Below are positions 57,638 through 64,000 of a DNA stretch of 64,000 nt, piece by piece. Below the pieces are notes generated by a model. That model saw only the letters and a list, made by a program, of their open reading frames with translations. It ran no database searches and was not told the DNA's origin. Position numbers and translations under genes: made by a program. Numbering within the stretch: position 1 is the first letter of the stretch; every line of letters begins with the position of its first letter. Source of the DNA: Kiritimatiellia bacterium (GTDB taxonomy: Bacteria; Verrucomicrobiota; Kiritimatiellia; RFP12; UBA1067); assembly GCA_050949565.1 (NCBI GenBank), contig JBMNFY010000017.1, positions 96,001 to 160,000 on the forward strand. The letters run 5' to 3'.

Positions 57638-58414
57638 ATGATTCACTTGGAACACATCCATGCCGCCTACAACGGCCAGCCGGTATTGACCGATGTCTCG
57701 CTGCACCTTGCGCACGGTGAGTGCGCCGCGCTGGTCGGCCCGAACGGTGCGGGAAAGTCATCGCTGCTGCGCGTCATCACCGGCCAGCTTCCAGCGCGAG
57801 GTTCGCGCCGGATCGCCGGCGGCGATCCGGCCCGTTGCAATGCGCGCGAATTTGCCCGGCATGTAGCGGTGGTCCCGCAAGATCTTCCGCAGGACATCCC
57901 TTTCGCGGCCTACGAATTTGTGTCGCTCGGGCGTACCGCCTATCTGCCGCGTTTCGGCACCCCTTCCAAAGCCGATCACGATGCGGTACAGGAAGCAATG
58001 GACGTGACCGGCACCTGGCACCTGCGTCACCGCGCACTGCCAGCGATGAGCGGCGGCGAACGCCAGCGGCTGGCCATCGCCGTGGCCTTGGCGGCACAGC
58101 CCGACATCCTGTTGCTGGACGAGCCCACCTCGCATCTGGACCTGCGTCACCGCGTGGACCTCATGGCACTACTACTGCGCCTCAACCGCGACCGTAAGAT
58201 CACCATCCTGATGGTGATACACGACCTCACTCTGGCGAGCCAGTTTTTCTCGCGGATCATCCTGCTGAGCCAAGGGATCAAACTCGCTGACGGCACCCCC
58301 GCCGAAGTCCTGCGCCCCGATCTTTTAGAAGCGGCCTACGGCTGCCCGGTCAACGTCATTCCGCTACCGGATCTCGCAACCGTCTGCGTACTGCCCGCTC
58401 TCGCGTCAACTTGA
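57638..58414 (+). CDS. btuD: ABC ATP-binding protein (BtuD/FepC-like)
   Basis: GPNGAGKSS, MSGGERQR, LLLDEPTSHLD, HDL. Confidence 0.88.
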   Translation: MIHLEHIHAAYNGQPVLTDVSLHLAHGECAALVGPNGAGKSSLLRVITGQLPARGSRRIAGGDPARCNAREFARHVAVVPQDLPQDIPFAAYEFVSLGRTAYLPRFGTPSKADHDAVQEAMDVTGTWHLRHRALPAMSGGERQRLAIAVALAAQPDILLLDEPTSHLDLRHRVDLMALLLRLNRDRKITILMVIHDLTLASQFFSRIILLSQGIKLADGTPAEVLRPDLLEAAYGCPVNVIPLPDLATVCVLPALAST

Positions 58415-58465
58415 CAGACCCGCATCCTGTATCTGATAATCCCAAAAAACCGTGGAGATTATGCA

Positions 58466-59974
58466 ATGGGTTTCTTGATCGGCATCGACTGCGGCGGCAC
58501 CGCTACAAAAGCGGCCGTCATCGACCCGCAGGGGCGGACGCTCGGCACGGCAACACGCAATGTTCAGGTACTCGAGCCGCATCCCTCGTGGTCGGAACGC
58601 GACATGGAGGCGATGTGGCGCGACACCTGTGCGGTGGTGCGCGAAGCACTGGCAGCGGCGAATCTTTCAGGCGATGCGATAGACAGCATCGCCTGCACCG
58701 GACACGGCAACGGCCTGTATCTGATCGACGCTGACGGCCAGCCGGTCCGCCACGCGATCAACTCGACCGACCAGCGCGCCGCTGACATCGTTCGGACGTG
58801 GCGGGCAGACGGTCTCGATGTGCGCGTCCTGCCGTTAACCGCACAGTCCCTCTGGGCCGCACAGCCCAATGCGCTGCTCGCCTGGTTGCAAGCGTACGAG
58901 CCGCAAAGCTTTGCACGTGCCAGCCACCTGTTGATGGCCAAGGATTACATCCGTTTTCGCCTGACCGGTGTCGTGGCGATGGAAGAGACCGACATGAGCG
59001 CGACCAGCCTCATGCATGTGCCCGACGGCACATACGACGACAGACTGCTGGCGTGGTTCGGTATTCCGGACGCAAAGCGCCTGTTGCCGCCACTGGTCAA
59101 AAGCGCCGAAATTTGTGGCACTGTAACGCCTGCAGCCGCGGCCGCGACCGGCCTGCGTACCGGCACGCCGGTGGCCGGCGGGATGTTCGACATTGACGCC
59201 TGCGGCCTTGCGTCGGGCTGTATTGACGAACAACAGCTCGTTATGGTGGCCGGCACGTGGGGCAACAACCAATATATCGACCGCCAGCCGTTGATCGACC
59301 GCGACCTGTTCATGACTTCACGTTATTGCATCCCCGGCTGGTTCTTGATGCTGGAAGGTAGTCCAACGGGCGCTGGCAATCTGGACTGGTTTGTGCGCGA
59401 GTTCCTCGGCGACACGCAAACGGTTCTGACGCAGACCGACGGCGGCACACTCTTCGCATGGGCGGACCGCACCGTGGAGCAAACCCCGCTGAATCGGGAC
59501 ACTCCCCTGTTCCTTCCTTTTCTCTACGGCTCCAATCTCGGGCATCCAGCGCAGGCCTGCCTGCTGGGCATGAAAGGGCGGCATACCCGCGCCGATGTGC
59601 TGCGCGCCGTGTACGAAGGCTGCATCTTCGCGCATAACCGGCATCTACAGCGCCTGTATACGTTCCGTGCGCCGCCCGCGACGATCCGGCTCACAGGCGG
59701 CGCGGCGCGTAGCGCGGTTTGGTCGCAGATGTTTGCCGATGTCTTCCAAGTGCCAATCGAGATCCCGGCCGGGCAGGAACTCGGCGCGCTGGGTGCCGCC
59801 ATTGCGGCGGCTGTCGCCTGCGGGATCTACGCTTCGCTTGAGGACGCCGTGCGCGGCATGACACGCATCGAACGGACGCACCAACCCGATCCGGCGCGGG
59901 GCGCACTGCACGCCGAGCGTTACGCGCGTTATGACGAAGCCTGCCACCTGCTCCGCCCCTTCTTCACCGCATAA
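58466..59974 (+). CDS. FGGY carbohydrate kinase (L-xylulokinase-like)
   Basis: IGIDCGGT, TGHGNGLY, KDYIRFRLTG, FLPFLYGSN, LTGGAARS. Confidence 0.88.
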   Translation: MGFLIGIDCGGTATKAAVIDPQGRTLGTATRNVQVLEPHPSWSERDMEAMWRDTCAVVREALAAANLSGDAIDSIACTGHGNGLYLIDADGQPVRHAINSTDQRAADIVRTWRADGLDVRVLPLTAQSLWAAQPNALLAWLQAYEPQSFARASHLLMAKDYIRFRLTGVVAMEETDMSATSLMHVPDGTYDDRLLAWFGIPDAKRLLPPLVKSAEICGTVTPAAAAATGLRTGTPVAGGMFDIDACGLASGCIDEQQLVMVAGTWGNNQYIDRQPLIDRDLFMTSRYCIPGWFLMLEGSPTGAGNLDWFVREFLGDTQTVLTQTDGGTLFAWADRTVEQTPLNRDTPLFLPFLYGSNLGHPAQACLLGMKGRHTRADVLRAVYEGCIFAHNRHLQRLYTFRAPPATIRLTGGAARSAVWSQMFADVFQVPIEIPAGQELGALGAAIAAAVACGIYASLEDAVRGMTRIERTHQPDPARGALHAERYARYDEACHLLRPFFTA

Positions 59975-60740
59975 GCATACCGCCGGTCACGTCCAGCGTC
60001 GTTCCGGTTATATAGTCAGCGGCGGATGAAACCAAGAACACCACCGCATTGGCGATGTCCTCCGGCTCGGCGATGCGGTTGAGCGGGATGCGGCTCAGAT
60101 ATTTATCCAGATTCGCCGCCAGTTTGTCCGCCACCATCTCCGTGCGCACCATGCCCGGCGCGACGGCGTTGACGTTGATGCCGCGGACTGCCACCTCACG
60201 CGCCACAGCGCGGGTCATCGAGACCAGCGCTCCTTTGCTGGCATCGTACGGAAGACGTCCGGAGGTCGACCCTAGAAAGGCCGCCTGCGAGGTAAGGTTC
60301 ACGATCTTGCCCTTGCGTCCCGCCGCCGTCAGACGGCGCACAAACTCCTGACAGGCCACGAACGCGCCAGTCACATTGACCCGGAAGGTCTTCTCCCACT
60401 CCTCTAAGCTGTACATCTCAATCGGCCCGCCGGGACAATACGCCGCGTTGTTGACCAAAATATCCACCGCCCCGAAGCGCTCTTCCAGACGATCAAACAT
60501 CCCGGCGATCTCCTCTGCCCGCTCCAGATCGGCCCGCAACGCCACGGCTTCCGTCCCGAAATCCCGCGCGATCCCCGCTACCACTTCCGCCGCCTTCTCG
60601 GGACTGCCGGAGCAACCCACGCCCACGCGCACACCCTCCGCCGCCAGACCACGGCAAATCGCCGCGCCGATACCGCGCGAACCACCGGTCACCAGCGCCA
60701 CCTTGCCTTGCAATTCAAGTTTCATAAATCCGCCTTCCAA
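59964..60740 (-). CDS. Short-chain dehydrogenase/reductase
   Basis: TGGSRGIG, NNAA, YDASK, NAVAPG. Confidence 0.92.
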   Translation of the reverse strand: MEGGFMKLELQGKVALVTGGSRGIGAAICRGLAAEGVRVGVGCSGSPEKAAEVVAGIARDFGTEAVALRADLERAEEIAGMFDRLEERFGAVDILVNNAAYCPGGPIEMYSLEEWEKTFRVNVTGAFVACQEFVRRLTAAGRKGKIVNLTSQAAFLGSTSGRLPYDASKGALVSMTRAVAREVAVRGINVNAVAPGMVRTEMVADKLAANLDKYLSRIPLNRIAEPEDIANAVVFLVSSAADYITGTTLDVTGGMLMR

Positions 60741-60744
60741 TCAT

Positions 60745-60926
60745 CTAATGCGGACGAAGCCCGCAACCCAAGTTAATTAGTGCATTAGTGCATTAGTTTG
60801 TCTGGGGGTGCGTTGCCGCGCTTCGCAGTGCACCCCAAAAAACCTCCGTGTTCTCTGTGCCTCTGTGAGAGAAAAAAACCGAGCCATGTCCCAAAAAACT
60901 TTGTGCCCTTTGTGTCTTCGTGTGAG
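60745..60926. repeat. Repeat mosaic inside the sugar operon
   Basis: ctaatgcggacgaagcccgcaacccaagttaattag, tagtgcat repeats, 9-mer runs; homologous to 27750-27865. Confidence 0.8.
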
Positions 60927-60979
60927 GAAACAATTTGTTTTTTATTGTGCTTGTTGAGCCGTAAGGCACTAAAGTGCAC

Positions 60980-62032
60980 TTACTTTTTCGCTGCCTTCAG
61001 TATCACGCGCAAAGCCTCTCCGCGTTCCATCAATTCGAACGCTTGCGCGAAATGCTCCAGCGGCAGCGTATGCGTAACCAGACTGCCGAACGGCATGTTG
61101 TCGCGCGCGAGCATCCGTACCGCCTCCGTCACATGCGCCGACGTGGAATCACTGGTACCGACCACCCGCAATTCGCCGTAGTGGATCAATCGGCTATCGA
61201 CATCCAACGCACTCTTACCGACAGGCAGCGAGGCAAAGAGACAGACCGTGCCGCGCTTGCGGACCAGCGTCAACGCCTGCTCCTGCGGTTGCGCGGCCGG
61301 TGCCGTTACAATCACGACATCCGCCCCCAGCCCGCCGCTCTCATCCTTCACCAAACGCGTCAGATCCTCATGCGCGGGATCGACCAGCCGATCAAAGCCG
61401 AACGCGGCGCACCGTGCCAGACGGGCGGGATTGGTCTCGGAAATGATTACCTTGGCGGCACCCGACGCGCACGCCGCAAGACCGTTCAGAATCCCCATCG
61501 GTCCCGCCCCCATCACCAGCACCGTGTCGCCGCACGACACCCCGCTGTTCAGGCAGGCATTCACCGCGCAGCTCAACGGTTCGGCCAGTGCCGCCCGTGA
61601 TGCCTCGAGACCTTCCGGCACCTTGATAACGTGTCCGCCGCGCACCGCTAACGCAGGAATCGCCACGTATTCCGCCATACCCCCGTCGTACGCAAACCCC
61701 ATCGGCCGCACGTCCGGACACAAGTTGCGCCAACCGCGTTGGCAGTACGCACACACACCGCACGCCACCGATGTCGCCATCACCACACGCATGCCGGGCG
61801 CAAAATCAGAACCAGCACGACTCTCCACGACTACGCCACAAAACTCGTGTCCCATCACCACCGGCGGACGCATTCGCGGGTTGCCGCTGCGAAACGCCTT
61901 CAGGTCCGATCCGCATACCGCACAGGCCTCCACCTCCACCAACAGTCCGCCATCTTCGCAAACCGGCGCAGGTATGCTTTCCGCTCGCACATCGCCCTTG
62001 CCGTGATACACCACAGCCAGCATCTTCAGCAT
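60980..62032 (-). CDS. Zinc-dependent alcohol/polyol dehydrogenase (sorbitol dehydrogenase-like)
   Basis: CGSD, GHE, CGVCAYC..C, EPLSC, GAGPMG. Confidence 0.9.
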   Translation of the reverse strand: MLKMLAVVYHGKGDVRAESIPAPVCEDGGLLVEVEACAVCGSDLKAFRSGNPRMRPPVVMGHEFCGVVVESRAGSDFAPGMRVVMATSVACGVCAYCQRGWRNLCPDVRPMGFAYDGGMAEYVAIPALAVRGGHVIKVPEGLEASRAALAEPLSCAVNACLNSGVSCGDTVLVMGAGPMGILNGLAACASGAAKVIISETNPARLARCAAFGFDRLVDPAHEDLTRLVKDESGGLGADVVIVTAPAAQPQEQALTLVRKRGTVCLFASLPVGKSALDVDSRLIHYGELRVVGTSDSTSAHVTEAVRMLARDNMPFGSLVTHTLPLEHFAQAFELMERGEALRVILKAAKK

Positions 62033-62712
62033 CCTTCCGGCGCACCGTCCAGAATCTTGTCGGATGCACTGACGCCCAGACGGTCCGCGCCCATGCGCAC
62101 GTAGCGCACGGCCGTCTCCCAGTCGCGGATGCCGCCCGAGGGCTTGACCTTGGCGCGCCCCGCGCAGCGTTCGAGCATCACCCCGACCGCCTCCGGCGTG
62201 GCGCCCTCACCGTTGAAGCCGGTGGAGGTCTTCACAAAGTCCGCGCCGGCCTGAATGGCAAGCTCGCACGCGCGGGCCACTTGGTCCAACGTCAGCAGCG
62301 CGGTCTCCAGAATCACTTTGACCAACACCCCGTGCGGCTTGGCCTCGGCCACAACTGCCGCGATGTCGCGCCGCACATAGTCGTCGTCGCCCGAGAGAAA
62401 CTTGCCGATGTTCATCACCATGTCCAGTTCGTCCGCGCCATCCTCAATGGCCAGCCGGGCTTCGAGTGCCTTCACCTCAGAGCGGTTCGCGCCGTGCGGG
62501 AAGCCCACCACGACCGCAACGGTCGTCGCGGAATCCTTGAGCAACGTCGCCGCAAGCGCCGTATCCGTGGGACGCACACACAAGTTGCCGACCCCGCGCG
62601 CCGCGCACAAAGCCGCGTTCCTGCGGATGTCGTCATCGGTCATCGCCGGCTTCAACACCGCATGGTCCATCATCTTCGCCACACTCTCTTTTGTGATCTC
62701 TCGCTCGCTCAT
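62026..62712 (-). CDS. deoC: Deoxyribose-phosphate aldolase
   Basis: DHAVLKP, VGFPHG, ELDMVMN, KVILET, DFVKTSTGF, SGGIR. Confidence 0.93.
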   Translation of the reverse strand: MSEREITKESVAKMMDHAVLKPAMTDDDIRRNAALCAARGVGNLCVRPTDTALAATLLKDSATTVAVVVGFPHGANRSEVKALEARLAIEDGADELDMVMNIGKFLSGDDDYVRRDIAAVVAEAKPHGVLVKVILETALLTLDQVARACELAIQAGADFVKTSTGFNGEGATPEAVGVMLERCAGRAKVKPSGGIRDWETAVRYVRMGADRLGVSASDKILDGAPEGC

Positions 62713-62732
62713 CGCACCCTCCTGACGCACTA

Positions 62733-63527
62733 TCAATGCATCTCCCGTCCGCCGGTGATGTTGACCGCCTGGCCGGTCATGTAGTCCGCACCAGACGAAC
62801 AGAGGAAGACGGTCACATCCACCACATCCTCGATACTGGCCAAGCGGCCGAGCGGCACCTTGGCGGTGAACTGCTTGACGACTTGCTCGCGCGTCTGCTT
62901 GAGGTTATCGATGTAGTTGGCGGACATAAAGTTCCACACACCTGTTTGGTCCGTGATGCCGGGACAAACGCAGTTCACCTGGATGCCGTCCTTGGCGAAC
63001 TCATACGCCAACGCCTGTGTCAGCGTGATGATCGCACCCTTGGCTGCCGAATAGTGGCTGCATAAAGCCGAACCAGTCTTGCCGGATTTCGAAGCAAAAT
63101 TCACGATCTTGCCGGACTTGCGCGCCTTCATCAGGGGCACGACATGCTTGATGAAAAAGAAGGTGCCTTTGCAGTTCACCGCAAAGACAAAATCCCACTC
63201 TTTTTCAGTAATCTCTTCAACGGGCTTTTGACCCGCCACACCCGCGACATTCACGAGGATGTCGATCGTTTTGTCGAACCGTGTTGCGGCGAGTTCCACC
63301 ACCGCCTTGACGCGCGACTCGTCCGTCACATCAGCGGCCAGCCCCGCCACATCGTATCCGGCGGATGTCAATTCTGCGACAACCGCATCAACCGTATCTT
63401 GCTTGAGATCCGTGACGACCACCCGTGCGCCGCGCTGGGCCAACCCCAGCGCGACGCCCTTACCGATCGCACCGGCCGCGCCGGTCACCAGTGCCGTCTT
63501 GCCCTTGAAATCCAAAAAGTTACGCAT
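62733..63527 (-). CDS. SDR oxidoreductase (sorbitol-6-phosphate dehydrogenase-like)
   Basis: TGAAGAIG, SKSGKTGS..SHYSAAK, KVPLGR, MTGQAVNITGG. Confidence 0.85.
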   Translation of the reverse strand: MRNFLDFKGKTALVTGAAGAIGKGVALGLAQRGARVVVTDLKQDTVDAVVAELTSAGYDVAGLAADVTDESRVKAVVELAATRFDKTIDILVNVAGVAGQKPVEEITEKEWDFVFAVNCKGTFFFIKHVVPLMKARKSGKIVNFASKSGKTGSALCSHYSAAKGAIITLTQALAYEFAKDGIQVNCVCPGITDQTGVWNFMSANYIDNLKQTREQVVKQFTAKVPLGRLASIEDVVDVTVFLCSSGADYMTGQAVNITGGREMH

Positions 63528-63533
63528 CGCTTC

Positions 63534-64000
63534 TTACCTGAACAGGTTCAGGAAGGGGCAGCCACCTGTGCCCAGATCAATGACGCTGACGGTGTGTACG
63601 TTATCGTTCACCGTATTCAACAGCCCCGGGAACTTCATGTCGAAATTCACGACGATCAGCTTGTCGCCCCACACCATCGGCTCGCACGGCTGATCCAGCA
63701 GACCGTCGGCACCGTCAGTGTCCCCGTTTTCCCACAGCAGTCCCAGCGTCCCTGCCTTGATATCCCAGTAGCGCACCGCGTTACGCTCGGAGTCGGTAAT
63801 GATGACCCAGTTCTTTTGGGGGTAATAGCAGATGCCGTCGCAGCTCGGGAAGATCTTGGGATCGTAGATGAGCGTCTCGGGCTTGGCATAGGAGCCATCG
63901 CGCTGCATGCGCATGATGTAGAAGTGACCGTCGCCGAAGTTTCCGACGTAGATGTTGCCCTCCTTGTCAAAGCACATGCCGTCAGCGGCGGCGGCATCCT
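63534..64000 (-). CDS. C-terminal part of an SMP-30/gluconolactonase-like beta-propeller protein
   Basis: ADGMCFDKEGNIYV and CDGICY repeats; frame open to the window end. Confidence 0.65.
   Translation of the reverse strand, partial: DAAAADGMCFDKEGNIYVGNFGDGHFYIMRMQRDGSYAKPETLIYDPKIFPSCDGICYYPQKNWVIITDSERNAVRYWDIKAGTLGLLWENGDTDGADGLLDQPCEPMVWGDKLIVVNFDMKFPGLLNTVNDNVHTVSVIDLGTGGCPFLNLFR

Noticed and set aside
1-64000. tRNA/rRNA genes, prophage, transposase
   Set aside because: No cloverleaf or rRNA signatures, and no phage or transposase motifs recognised.

Overview
GC-rich bacterial chromosomal window. The MurC-MurB fusion, the FtsZ tail, the many secreted and Tat-exported carbohydrate enzymes and the repeat style suggest a PVC-superphylum organism (Kiritimatiellae/Verrucomicrobiota-like); this is inference. 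Core content: sppA-murC/murB-ddl-ftsQ-ftsA-ftsZ, guaB and guaA, an ABC-F ATPase, rnfABCDG (no rnfE here), Tat-exported Gfo/Idh/MocA oxidoreductases, a cobalamin riboswitch with btuBFCD-like genes, and a sugar/polyol catabolic cluster. Most unusual: (1) a polymorphic-toxin-like locus at 1-5055 with a full-length zincin protein, an orphan paralogous C-terminal module, the scar of a third copy and alternating partner genes; (2) intergenic mosaics built from a reusable set of REP-like palindromes and short tandem repeats, where long direct copies bracket single accessory units (a PIN toxin-antitoxin pair, an FGE-domain gene), plus a three-copy array whose identical sharp end abuts truncated gene fragments; (3) a GuaA lacking its glutaminase catalytic core; (4) an FtsZ with a degenerate T7 catalytic loop. 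No rRNA, tRNA, CRISPR array, transposase, integrase or reverse transcriptase was recognised. All comparisons were made by eye.
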